DNA of 64,000 bases from Squalus acanthias. Lineage: Eukaryota. The stretch spans positions 174,470,001 to 174,534,000 of the forward strand of contig CM059425.1 of NCBI GenBank assembly GCA_030390025.1, read 5' to 3'. The position numbers and the translations under genes are program-made. The notes beneath the pieces were generated by a model that did no database searches, was not told the origin of the DNA, and was given only the letters and a program-made list of their open reading frames with translations. Of the stretch, positions 1 to 12,084 are shown one piece after another (within the stretch, counting starts at the first letter, position 1; the number at the start of each line of letters is the position of its first letter).

Positions 1-207
1 GGGTTTCAAGAGGTACTGAATAATTATTCAAATAAGGAACACTAGATCTAGAGAGGAATCAGGCAGATCAGGACATGGAGGTTAACCAGAAGGAATATGA
101 ATTCTACTATGGACACATATCAGTAAAGGTAACTAATCTGTCAGATAACTTACACATTCAGTGCCCATACAGAGGTGTTGAGCATATTTGTAAGTATATT
201 CACTTTT

Positions 208-390
208 AAAAAAGACTTGCATTTAAATAGCGCCTTTCACAACCACTGGACATCTCAAAGCACTTTACAGCACTCCCTCAGTACTGCACCGGAGTGTCAG
301 CCTAGATTTTTGTGCTCAAGTCTCTAGAGTGGGACTCACAACCTTCTGACTCAAAGGCAAGGGTGCTACCAACTGAGCCACAAGCTGACA
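208..390 (-). mobile_element. DeuSINE (SacSINE1/AmnSINE1-like) fragment with internal deletion
   Basis: The 3' tail AAAGACTTGCATTTAAATAGCGCCTTTCAC and a tRNA-like head are joined. Homologous to the copy at 6366-8797. Confidence 0.7.
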
Positions 391-561
391 AACTTTTGGA
401 GTAACCTATTTTGAATTGTAATCAGTAACAGATCTGACAATATCTTAAGGGAAAGGGGTTGGGAAGAGACCACGTGTGACCACTGCTGCATAAACAACTC
501 TTAACTTTTAATTTAGTGAGGACAAAATTAGGATTTGGCTGTGTTGCCTTTCACAGCTTAA

Positions 562-1677
562 TTTTTTTTTATTCGCTTATGGGATCTGGGCGTCGCTGGC
601 AAGGCCAGCATTTATTGCCCATCCCTAGTTGCCCTTGAGAAGGTGGTGGTGAGCCGCCGCCTTGAACAGCTGCAGTCCGTGTGGTGAAGGTACTCCCACA
701 ATGCTGTTAGGTAGGGACTTCCAGGATTTTGACCCAGCGACGATGAAGGATCGGCGATATATTTCTAAGTCAGGATGGTGTGTGACTTGGAGGGGAACTT
801 GGAGGTGGTGTTCCCATGCGCCTGCTGCCCTTGTACTTCGAGGTGGAAGAGGTCGCGGGTTTGGGAGGTGCTGCCGAAGAAGCCTTGGCGAATTGCTGCA
901 GTGCATCTTGTACACATTGCAGCCACGGTATGCCGGTGGTGGAGGGAGTGAATGTTTAAGGTGGTGGATGGGGTGCCAATCAAGCAGGCTGCTTTGTCCT
1001 GTATGGTGTCGAGCTTCTTGAGTGTTGTGGGAGCTGCACTCATCCAGGCAAGTGGAAAGTATTCCATCACACTCCTTACTTGTGCCTTGTAGATGGTAGA
1101 AAGGCTTTGGGGAGTCAGGAGGTGAGACACTCGCCACAGAATACCTAGCCTCTGACCTGCTCTTGTTGCCACAGTATTTATGTGGCTGGTCCAGTTAAGT
1201 TTCTGGTTAATGGTGACCCCCAGGATGTTGATAGTGGGTGATTCGGCAATGGTAATGCCATTGAATGTCAAGGGGAAGTGGTTAGACTCTTGCTTGTTGG
1301 AGATAGTCATTGCCTGGCACTTATGTGGCGCGAATGTTACCTGCCACTTATCAGCCCAAGCCTGAACGTCATCCAGGTCTTGTTGCATGCGGACATGGAC
1401 TGCTTCATTATCTGAGGAGTTGTGAATGGCGCTGAACACTGTGCAGTCATCAGCGAACATTCCCATTTCTGACCTTATGTTGGAGGGAAGTTCATTGATG
1501 AAGCAGCTGAAGATGGTTGGGCCTAGGACACTGCCCTGAGGAACTCCTGCAGGGATGTCCTGGGGCTGTGATGATTGACCTTCAACCACCACAACCATCT
1601 TCCTTTGTGCTAGGTATGACTCCAGCCAGTGGAGTGTTTTCCCCCTGATTCCCATTGACTTCAGTTTTACTAGGGCC
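562..1677 (-). mobile_element. CR1-clade LINE family A, 5'-truncated (RT C-terminal half plus 3' UTR)
   Basis: ORF 765-1655 contains GVPQGSVLGP and FADD RT motifs. Family tail CACCACCTTCTCAAGGGCAA...AATAAATGCTGGCC followed by an A-run. Confidence 0.9.
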
Positions 1678-2861
1678 TAAATTATCTACTGCCACTCAAT
1701 ATTTAGGTTCATGCGTGAAGCATGGCTACTAGGACTAGGAACTAGGCAGCTAGTGGCACAGAACGAACAATATCCCAGGATGAGTAAGTACTTTAAGGAC
1801 AGTATGGAAGAAAACTAGCAGAAAAGAAATCACAGACTAGACCTACCCAGTCCTCAACTTTTGTCAGAACAGATCAGAGCAGATTGGCAGCACTCAAACG
1901 ATTTTCAGATGTCACCAAAGAATCTGGAATGTCTATAGTCACTCTTTATATATTACAAGTATTCTTGGCTGCCTTGCCAAGAAAAAAAACCAAAACAGCT
2001 TTTGTACAGTTTAAGAGGTTGGTTTAAGTTTACCAGGGCTAGAACAGGTAAGTAACCAATGGAAAAGGAGTTTCAAATGTAAACCAGGTCACTCCTCAAA
2101 AAATGAAATGTATCTGTATGACTTTAGTACAGATTCTCAGATCATTCATTCATTCATTTAGAGCAATACCAGTGGAAATTCCATGATTTCCAGTTACTGA
2201 AAAATTACTCTCTTGCAGCACAGTACGAAGCCTTATTTACCGACCACAGCAGATACATTTTTTGGCAAAAACGAGATGGCTTGATGGAACAGGTGGAAAG
2301 CCTACTTCTTTTGCAAGAGAGGGAAAAAAAATAAAAGACTCCTTTGAGTGTTTTAAGCTAGCAGGTAGTATTGCACTCCAGTCCCTAAAGCAAAAACATG
2401 GATGTTTGACCTATCATAATGAACATGTCTGACAATGTGATACAAATATCATGTTACTAGTAATTATAGTTAACAAACTTTCTATTCAGTCAGAACACCA
2501 TCGGGTCACTCCAGATTAAGGATCAGTAAACACATTTTATATCCCATTTAATTTGCAGATTTACTACTGACAGCAGCCCCAAGGTTGGTGACAAAGTTGT
2601 AAAGTAAATGAGACAGCAGTAGTGCTGTCAGAAGTGGTGAACGCCACAAAATAGAGTTGCTGTTAGCCTACAACTCTGACAGCAAGACAAAAGCATATTA
2701 TACAAAATAAGGATCGAATGTACGACTTTAAAATAGGGACTGAATTACATTTGCACATTCTGGTCCAATTATCCCTCAATCACAAATCCCACGTCACCTG
2801 AAAGCAACACTTGGTCTTGGCTCCCCATATACAACTCCACAATGATAAAATAGTAATATCT

Positions 2862-3608
2862 TGGGCTAAAAATTGCGGTCGGAGGCGTATCTCCAGAGTA
2901 CACCTTCGAACTGCAAAAGAATTACTAAACTACCTGCTGGGGGCCAGGCTGCAAAACCTTGCAGTCTTGGGTCTTGAGGCGGAGGGCAGCGTAATGGCCC
3001 ACGGATCCCAGGGACATAAGTGGTGCAGAAGCAGACCTGGGATCATGTGGACCTGGTCCTCCAATCAAGAAGCAGAATTCCATTTTAATCATTTACGAAG
3101 GGAATCTCCTAATGAGATGCAATGGAATCCCGAAATCTAATAATTATACAATTTATAGAAATGGAATTTTATTCGTAATTACCTTCATTCCACAAACCTC
3201 ATTAAAAGTTTAAATTTTTGATAATTTTATACATTAAAACTGTAATCCGGGCCAATATTTGCATAAACTCATTTCATACAGTTTATATGCATGATTTAGG
3301 ATATGAAAATGTTTATTTAATGGTTTAGCTATCCCCTTGCACGCTTATGCAAACAGGCCATGTGCCTGCTTGCATCAACCGTAAGACTTCCATGCGCAAT
3401 TGCTGACCAGTCGGTGGGCAAATAGCCCAACTCTGTGCCAGCGATTGCTTTTTCGTGGCCCCCGTGGATGGCCTGTCAACACATACGTTGACAGGCCGCA
3501 AGTTCCGGATTTTGCGCATGCGGAAATCCCAACTTGCGGTGGCTTTCAAAGGTAAAGACAGCGTACTCTGAGTTCGCCATCATACAGGGCCTTTAAAAAT
3601 CTTAGGTC
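2862..3608. mobile_element. Degenerate MITE-like element (GC-rich arms, AT-rich core)
   Basis: Starts GGGCTAAAAATTGCGG, like the other MITEs in the window. Contains the GCGCATGCG motif also seen in the 38299 and 39347 families. Right end poorly defined. Confidence 0.45.
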
Positions 3609-5374
3609 TCCAGTCAACTTTTCGGATAAATTTCTATATCTCCATTTATAATAAAAATGACTAGGTAAACTTGTCACATAGTAATTACATCCTCCCGCCA
3701 AAGGTGTCGTGGTGGTGCCTCACATTTGCGTCTTACAGCTCCTCAGCCCATACTGCAAAGAAATGCCAGTCCTCCAATCAACTATACTTCTCTGCTTCCC
3801 AAATTGTTGTAAGTTTTGCTACTTAACAAATAATAAAATAAAATCTAACTATATAAAAATAAGGATAGAAGATGACCTTTGAAGTGGGGACTGGTTTACG
3901 TCTGCACATCCTGGTCTAATTATTCCCCACCCTCTAATCCCGCTTCACATCAATACTACAGTTTATCTTGATTCCATATGTGCAATGCCACACAAGATCA
4001 ATTAGTTGTATAGATAAAGAGGTAACCTTTCAGCAGAGGTTCATCGAGCTCCTGCTGGTACTTTTATGGAAACCCAGTCCATTTACACTGGGAGTTTCCC
4101 TCATCTTCCACCAAAGTTAAAATGAGAGATGAGGAGAGCCTCCAGGGAAATTATTGGTAATAGTATCTTACTATCGATAGCCACTGGAAAGGTCATTTTC
4201 CCCTCAATTTCTTCTTGTTGAAATTGAGCCTCCCTCTTTTCTGAGCCATTTTCACTTTTCCCCCTTTCTAGATCGAAAGTTTCTAGCTGGTGTTTAGCTT
4301 TGTGAAGACAGCATCACAACACAACACAGTCCCATCAGGCTCAAGCATACGCAACTGTACAAAATAAAGAGGCTGATGCTCTGTAGCTCTTGAACTCCAC
4401 TGAGAGGTGCAGTGTGCTGCCTCAAGGGCAAAGCAAATGTGCCACCAAAAATTTTATAGGTTCCCAGTCATGGTGCTACATGAATCCAATTTTTTAATTT
4501 AAAAGTACAAGTAAATTGTGTACATCACCGCAATACAGAAAAGCAAAACTGTCCTGTGTTTTGCATAGCGATATATATTTAAGTTACACTAGTTGATCTC
4601 ATGTCGGGGCACACGGGTAATCAAAACCAAGTGCTTTCAGGTCAAGCAGGGTTAGAGGGGGAGGGGATAACCGGACCAATGCAGTGAAGGCTGAGAAAGG
4701 GAGCGGAAGCAGGGAGGAAAGAAACAAGAAGAGGCATAGGGACGGGGGGTAAAGGGGATGGAGAGAAGGGCAGGGGAGGGGATAAGGGGTGTGATGGAAA
4801 CTACCCAAGCGGAAGAGTAGGAAAAATACCTCAGCAGGAGGTGTGGATTGAAAAACACCTTTAGGGGCCATGGGGGGTGGGGGCAGGAACAGTATCTGGG
4901 TTGGGTCAGAGCCTCAATTTTCCAAAAAGTGGTCTTCAACATTTCAACAAATGAGGAGTCCATTTTTTTTTTTAACACTGAAGAGGTTTTGATATTTTAA
5001 AAACTACACAGGTCCCAATTTTATAACTTTTAACAGGCCCTGATTTTTCAAACAGTATAGTGGTTCTGATATTTTAAGCTTGAAGAGGCCCTGATTTTTT
5101 TTTTCTGAACAGGCATCAATTTCTCCAAGTTTGTTATTTAGATAAGGCATTATGGTGTTACTAACATTAGTAACTTAACATTAAGAACCCCAACCACAGC
5201 ATCACTACGGACGCAAAATGTATTGTATGTTGATCCACCATCTGTTTTTACTATATAATAGGTATTTAAGTCTACATACAGGGATAAATTTGCCAATCCC
5301 GCACTCCCATACTTGGAGAGTGTAGGTTGGAGATAGGGCTACAATAGTGTAACACTAACCCTCCAATCTGCAAT

Positions 5375-5510
5375 CATAAGAACATAAGAAATAGGAGCAG
5401 GAGTAGGCCATATGGCCCATCGAGCCTGCTCTACCATTCAATACGATCATGGCTGATCTTGGACATCAACACCACTTTCCCGCCCGATCCCCATATCCCT
5501 TGATTCCCTT
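5375..5510 (-). mobile_element. CR1 family B 3' tail fragment
   Basis: CATAAGAACATAAGAAATAGGAGCAGGAGTAGGCC is the reverse complement of the CR1-B tail. Confidence 0.8.
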
Positions 5511-6365
5511 TGAGGGCGCTCCGGAGGTAGGGTGACCATATTTTCAAAACCAAATCTGGGGACACGCAGGCAATGTTCCCCGATATTTTTTTTGAGGTGC
5601 GCGGTCCCTTTAACTGGCTGCGCAGCCCCTTAAAAGATTTCACACTATAAAAGCAGGTTCCGCGCACTGCGCAGCTTAGATACACCGAATCACGACTCTT
5701 GCGTGTGTTCTGGCAATAGTGCTGTACCATCTACTCGTCCCTGAATACCCTAAATTTTAATTTCTCAATTTTAAATCTGTTCCCAACAGACTGAGACTTT
5801 CCATGAAACACCCTCTGTCTCAGAAGGTTTCCGTTTCACAAACCTATTCCCTGTGGGAAAATTTAGAGCTTGCCTTCCCTTCAATAAAAAAACCACAATG
5901 CACCATACAGGTAAACTGGTAAAGTTAATCAAATCCACTCACACACCAGTTCTCACCACTCCCTTGGTTTCTCCCGCGTATTTGAAGGTCCTGCCCTCCG
6001 GCCAATCACCACTGGATGAAACACTGATCAGGTGACTCAATCCCTGACCGTGCAGTGCAGCCAGAGCTATAGATAGGACCTTTTCTCAGCCGTACTGCAT
6101 TGTGGAAAGGCGGGGCCACCATTGATGCCTCCATTTAACCTGCTCCAGGAATTCATTCCTGAACTCAAACGGGCTGAGAATTGCTGTGAAACGGGCTTTT
6201 GTGCATTAGTATCGAAAAAAATCAAAGACTCAGTCGTGAGTACAAGATTTTTAAACCGGGACTCTTCCAGAGACATTGTTTGCCCGGGGAGACATTCAGC
6301 CGTAAGTGCCAATGAAACTTGATTGATTGAATATTTACAACATGAATACAATTATTCAATTGAGT

Positions 6366-8797
6366 CTCAGCCTTGGCTCGGTGGCACCATTCTTTTCTCT
6401 GAGTCAGAAGGTTCTGTGTTCATAGTCACAGTCCTGGTCTTGAGCACAAAATCTCGGCTGACACTTTAGTGCAACACTGTTGGAGGTGCCATCTTTCAGA
6501 TGAGACGTTAAACTGAGGCGCTGTGTGCCCTCTCAAGTGGATGTAAAAGATCCCAAGAGTAGGGAAGTTCTGCTGGCCAATATTTATCCCTCAATCAACA
6601 TCACTAAAATTTGATAGCGCTAAAAAACGGGCATGAGCACCATGATACAAGATATGCACAGCCTAGCACGAAACGTGCTTCTAACTGACTGTGCGCTCAG
6701 CAGGGGGCCACAGTTTGCATCGCTGGAGCGAGCTAGCTGTACTTAAAGCTAACCTGCTCCTCTTCAAGGCAGTCTGCAGCTCTTAAAGCTCAACTGCCTT
6801 CTGCACATAATAAAAATGAAATAACCTTCAGCAGTCTGTAGCTCTTAAAGCTGAGCGGCCTTCTGCACGTAAAAAATGGTACAAGTGCTTCCCCACTAAA
6901 ACAAATGGCTCAACAAGCCAGGGAAAGGGCACACAGGGTCTCGGATGCACCACTCCAGCTTTGTGCAGGGGGTCAACACTGGAGAGAGATCCTCTACACA
7001 CAGGAGACCCTCCAGAAAGAAGAATGCAGGAACAGATTGCCGAGGCCATCACTGCCAGCAGTGTCGCCCCTAGGACCTAGCTCCAGTGTCCAAAGAAGTT
7101 TCATGACCTCAGGCAAGTGGTCAAGGTTAGTGAATGCATCTTCAAAAACCGTCTCCTACCAACTGCATCACTAGCCTCACACACTGCTCAATGCACGAAC
7201 ACCCCACCCCCCGCCCCCATTACTCACCTACCACCAATCTCTGCCAAATACGAGGTACACCTCACATTCCTAGCTTCACCGCACCCTCTTGGAGGAGACG
7301 GTACTGGCCATTCTTGCCAGGGGCATGGCTGAGCCCTTGGCCTGCGGCAGGGCTGAAAGAATATAAGATGCCGGTATCCTCATACATTATCCTCCTCTCA
7401 CATCCCACTTCCCCCTCATTCCACAATCTCTTCTGATTTTCAAGCTGCACATGGTGTAAGCATGCACCTCTTGCTTTACACCACCTCCCCTCACCACAAC
7501 CCTACCCTTGTGCCTTTCTCATTTCAGACACCCAAGAAATCCAGCCTGCCCAGCCAGTGGTTGACCAAGAAGAGGGAGAGGAGCATGAAGAAGAAGAATT
7601 ACCATCACTCAATTTCACACCACCAGCCACGAGCTCCTCGAGGTCGTCCTGCAAGGCCATCTGCAGTGTCCCCCACTGAAAGTCAGCAGCCTTCCACCTA
7701 CACCAACCATGCTGCAGCCACTGGGGTAGCACTGTGCATCACTAGGATACGCAAAGGCACACGCAAGACAATCACTAAGGGAATGCACAAGAGTGATTAG
7801 TTGATTTTTGATGTAATATTGGATGCATATATGGATAAAGTTGGATTGGAAAGTTTGCTTTGTGGTGGCTTTTATTTCAGCATTGTGACCAAGAGGATGC
7901 TATGATGGTCAGTAACAGAGGGAAGGTAAGGTGTGGGACTAATGTTGAAAGGGGAATTGGGGTGGTGTTCACTGGTACCGCAGCCGGATAATTCTGATCC
8001 CGGTCAGAAAGGGGCTGTCTGGGTTGCCTCCTTCCTTCTGCTTCCTCCTCCCTCTGCGAGCAGCTTGTCCCCTTTCTGCCTCTGCTCCATCTCCATGTGA
8101 TGCTGCAGCCCAAAGGGGACTGCAACTAGAGCCCCCAGGACTGAGAGCAAGTGGTCTTCTCAGAAGCCTTCCTTTAAGAGACAAAGCCTTGCAAACGTCC
8201 AGCAGCACACTGTGCACACTTTAACAACTTTTTAAATCTATTGTACCAAGCCACTACTCCAATAAACTGTAAAAACACCAGTCCAAAAGCAAAAATCTAA
8301 ACTTACTTGAAAGTTGTATGTGTCCCTTTAAGAAGTGCTGGCAGCGTCTCTGTTGTATTGCTGCACGCACGTTCTTCCGCACATGGTTTGGAGAGGGCGG
8401 TATTAAGAGTGGCAACGTTGAAAATCACAGGCTGTACGTCAATTCAGGCGTTGCACACCGATTGACGTCACGATCTGGATCATTTAAATATGTGTGGCAA
8501 GTGCAGGCAATGGCAGTGCTGCCGACCTTCTCAAAATGGCAGCCGCTGCATTCCGCGCTGGAAGCAGGCAGCCGCCATTTTTTCTACAAAACCAACGATA
8601 ACTTCAGGCGCTAATTGTTCCAATTTCGCAGCCACTATCTGGTCATTATTTCATTGTCGTTTGTGGGACCTTGCAGTACGCAAATTGGCTGCAATTTTCC
8701 CCTACATTACAACAGTGACTACACTTCAAAAGTACTTCACTGGCTGTAATTAATGTAGTGAAAGGTGATCTATAAGTGCAAGTTCTTTCTTTCTTTT
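6366..8797 (+). mobile_element. DeuSINE (SacSINE1/AmnSINE1-like), split into 6366-6608 and 8635-8797 by a Harbinger derivative
   Basis: tRNA-like head, then Deu domain GGAGGTGCCATCTTTCAGATGAGACGTTAAAC...GTAAAAGATCCC...GGCCAATATTTATCCCTCAA. It resumes at TATCTGGTCATTAT...CCTACATTACAACAGTGACTACACTTCAAAAGTAC...GCAAGTTCTTTCTTT. Confidence 0.8.
6609..8633 (+). mobile_element. Non-autonomous PIF/Harbinger derivative (Myb gene remnant, transposase core deleted)
   Basis: MAQQARERAHRVSD... start at 6905 and a QCPKKFHDLRQVVK|gt Myb exon end. Convergent transposase N- and C-terminal stubs at about 7970-8170. Colinear with 54345-56440 (inverted) and with parts of 15486-18509. Confidence 0.8.
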
Positions 8798-9341
8798 TAG
8801 ATTTAGAGTACATATATATCCAGGGTGAACGTATAACTCTCCTTTAATTTGTTCTTCAGCAGCTGGGCCATGGAGATGTAATATCATATGGAACAACATA
8901 TCTCTGAATGAACCTACAAGTGAACTCAGACACGTAGCATTCTAGCATTGTATGCTATCTACTTAGTAAATTGCGTGTGCCAGGAGCTAACATAATTACC
9001 ATGGCATGTGAAATTGGGTTATGATGTATCTGCAAAGAATGCTGTTTGTGCAGAGGGAGTAGATTCTTTGGGCTTTTTCCTTCTATGTGAAGCACTCAAG
9101 AGCTGCATTTCATGCTATGTGTTAGAAACTTTTCCGATTTCAACAAGACTACCAGAGCTGAAGTTTCTATTATTAAAAATCTTAAGGTCATTAATATAAG
9201 CAACCTCAGTTAATAACGGTGACAAAAGATACTATCTATTTTTTTCAAGCTGGTTTCAGAGACATCCTGTATACATTATGAAATTAGCTAATACTTCCTG
9301 AAGCCTGATTTGTTCACCGAGGAAAAACTGAATGTCCTTAC

Positions 9342-9462
9342 GTTAATGCTTTATGAAATTGTTCTATTGCTTCTTCGAGGTCCTCCTTCTGATCAGGAAC
9401 AAAGCGGTATTGAGATACGTAACCCGCTGTGTGCTTGTAAGGATCGTAGTCTCCAAGTTCAG
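9342..9462 (-). CDS. EPB41L4A: EPB41L4A coding exon (probably exon 6)
   Basis: ctctctattcag|CTGAACTTGGAGAC...GCATTAAC|gtaagg. 121 nt encoding (S)[39 protein letters not shown]. The [12 protein letters not shown] motif points to EPB41L4A among FERM proteins. Confidence 0.96.
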
Positions 9463-9629
9463 CTGAATAGAGAGAAAATAATCATCTGCTTTCACATTTA
9501 CAATCAATTTAATCAATAGGTCTTACTGTAATATCTGGTGCTGTGTGATTCATTTCATATTTACATGCACAGGTATATAAACTATGGGCACTGGACCTTC
9601 ACCAAGGTTTCCTAATTTAAAAACATGAA

Positions 9630-9843
9630 TAGTAGCCATGATGTGGTGATGCCGGTGTTGGACTGGGGTGGACAAATGTGAGAAGTCGCACAACACCAGG
9701 TTATAGTCCAACAGCTTTATTTGAAATCACAAGCTTTCGGAGCGCTGCTCCTTCGTCAGGTGACGAAGGAGCAGCGCTCCGAAAGCTTGTGATTTCAAAT
9801 AAAGCTGTTGGACTATAACCTGGTGTTGTGCGACTTCTCACAT
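9630..9843. mobile_element. Short Penelope-type insertion with a perfect 83-bp inverted repeat and an 11-bp TSD
   Basis: Arms 9676-9758 and 9761-9843 are exact reverse complements with a GG loop. AAAAACATGAA is duplicated at 9619-9629 and 9844-9854. Penelope assignment is inferred from the hammerhead motif and the inverted structure. Confidence 0.8.
9727..9763 (-). ncRNA. Minimal type I hammerhead ribozyme motif
   Basis: Minus strand reads TCAC-CTGACGA-A-GGAGC(AGC)GCTCC-GAAA-GC-TT-GTGA. This gives core CUGANGA/GAAA, a 5-bp stem II, stem I TCAC/GTGA and a palindromic AAGCTT stem III region. Confidence 0.75.
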
Positions 9844-10497
9844 AAAAACATGAAGACATTTAGCTCCTCATGTTATAATACTAATGAGCAATGCAAATGA
9901 ACAGAATTTTTCTCCAACTTCTTATATTAAAGTGTTGGTTCATATTGTGTCGTGCTCGCTGGAGAGTCTGTCAGTGTCAAGTAAACCTGTCATTTTTGTT
10001 CATTTCCATCCATCTTGCAGTGATACTGTTCCTCTCTTACTTCTGTCAAATGTGTAATTCTATGGTGCCTTAAAAACATTGGACAGGATTTTAATTTAGA
10101 GGCGGGTTTGAGATTTGGGGGTCGGGGGTCGGAAGGCCAGGATCATTTACAAATTGTTTCAGATCTTATCCCTGTGATTATCATGCCATGGCAAACTGAC
10201 ACTGTGACGCTACTAACTGTAATAAATATAACTTCTCACTGTATTGAGATATGTTGGCCTGTATTTTCAGCTTCTACACTCCTGTTACACACCGGGAGCA
10301 CATATTAGGAAATTCTGCACCCCAGTCTGAGAGTTTCTGACCATTAATTTTAATAGTCCCCAATAAAGTTAACTGAGTGTTTTTTACAGTCCCAGTGTTA
10401 ATAGTATGGTGACTGTAACAGTAGCCCTTCATTGCAGTTCATGTATCACACATTATAAAACTTCATTAATCAGTTGGAATAGGGCAGAGGCACTTAC

Positions 10498-10595
10498 ACT
10501 GGATAGCATATGCACCCAGTTGCGCAGCAATGTTTAAAGGGCAAGGCAGTCGACCTTGAAGGACATCCTGTTTGACCTGCAGAAAAAACTGATAC
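10498..10595 (-). CDS. EPB41L4A: EPB41L4A coding exon (probably exon 5), FERM central lobe
   Basis: ttcattttag|GTATCAG...ATCCAGT|gtaagt. 98 nt encoding (R)[32 protein letters not shown](S). Confidence 0.96.
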
Positions 10596-11782
10596 CTAAA
10601 ATGAAAAAAAAAGTTATCAGTTAGGAAATTGTAAAGCTGGATCCATCCAGTGTATCTATTTTTTTTTAATCAGGCTATAATTGGAAGACAATCTAATTCA
10701 AGCCAAGACAGGTATCTGACAAATGAAACTCACAGAAACATCACTCTCTTGTACTTATCTCAATGTTCTTATTCAATTAAGATATTTTGTTCGCTAATGA
10801 TGGAATTAATTGTTGGTTTAAAGCAGTCCCAGCAATAACAGTACCTCACTGACAGCGCACTGCTGCAGTGTCAGGCCCTCCACTAGCCCACTTGGGAGTG
10901 GCTCCATTCATTTCAATGGGAGCTAGTACCAGGGGACCAATCGAGAGCTGCCCAACCCCTGAAAGAAACACTACTGGCTCAGTTCTGCTGAACACTCAGA
11001 TGGCTCTTGATCAGCCCCAGCTCAATCCAAAGTGCCAACATCTCACTCAAGTGAATGGAGGTAATCCATATGCACAAAGACCACCCCGACAACCTCTGTT
11101 ACCAGAGCAGTTGAGGAAAGAAGCAGAAACACAACATGATAGGTTTTCATAATGCAACAATATTGAAGACATCTGTTACTTGGCATGAATTATTTTAAGG
11201 CTTTTTTAAGCACAGAGAGATGAATACCCGGAACAAAAAGCATTTCTGCTTGACTTTCCTTCCTCTGCCTCTCCCTTGTCACACATAGCTACACTTCCTT
11301 CCTTAGTGGGGCAGAACTTCAGTGTGAGATTTAAATGGCAAATTTATGGGCAGGGGGTGAAGTCAAAATAAATTTATTCTCGCAACCTGACCCACTGTTG
11401 ATGCTAAACTAACTTTTCTCCCTTCACACAGCCCAGGTAGATATTTAAGATTTCATATACATTAGTTACTGCCAGAAAAGGAAAATAAAAAAGGGCAGAA
11501 ATGGATTCACTGATGTTTACACCCACAACAAAACTCAGGCCCTTATCATTTCCCACAATTCCTGTACTTGTGTCTTTGTAAAATACTGCCCTGTAAATCT
11601 ATTATATGCAAGAAATGTTCTTATTTTCTGCTCCACTCATTTGAAAACATTTTCAAAGGCAAACATAATGGTAACATCATCAAGCTGGTCTTATAGAACT
11701 CCATAAAGCTGATTGACCAGAAAATTGCAATGTTCATTTATATATGACTTAACAAGCAAAGTTTATGTTTACATCTTGTTAC

Positions 11783-11861
11783 CTTGTTATTTCTTCTTTA
11801 AGTTTACAAGGATCTTCTGCGTAGAACTTTACACCAAAATATAATGTGTAGGGTGGGCCAG
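11783..11861 (-). CDS. EPB41L4A: EPB41L4A coding exon (probably exon 4)
   Basis: tttttttttag|CTGGCCCACCC...ATAACAAG|gtaaca. 79 nt encoding (T)[25 protein letters not shown](R), a classic FERM motif. Confidence 0.96.
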
Positions 11862-12084
11862 CTAAAAAAAAAGAAACTTCGATATAAAGTGCAACCTATA
11901 TATGGAATGCTTTTTTAACTTAAATATTTTAAGTTCACATACGTACTTCAAATAACAGTGTCTGTCATATTCTGATTCACTGTAAAAGACAGTCTTCAAT
12001 GTGAACATGCAATAGCAAATGAAGCAGACCATTGATGAGATAGCCATATTGTTCAAAATCATATCAAGTGAGTTTATAGACATA

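Noticed and set aside
2745..2850. Possible intronic snoRNA or snRNA
   Set aside because: No convincing box motifs or hairpins. Better treated as an old repeat.
4599..4978. ORFs over a purine-rich tract
   Set aside because: Low-complexity sequence with no homology or splice support.
1..9341. Next EPB41L4A exon (GQxPSEAELNYL...LEMYGVDLHPVY)
   Set aside because: No matching sequence found by eye. Candidates near 2821 and 5903 do not translate correctly. It is probably outside the window, though I may have missed it.
9761..9795. Plus-strand hammerhead in the right arm of the palindrome
   Set aside because: The core reads GTGACGA rather than CTGACGA and stem I is disrupted.
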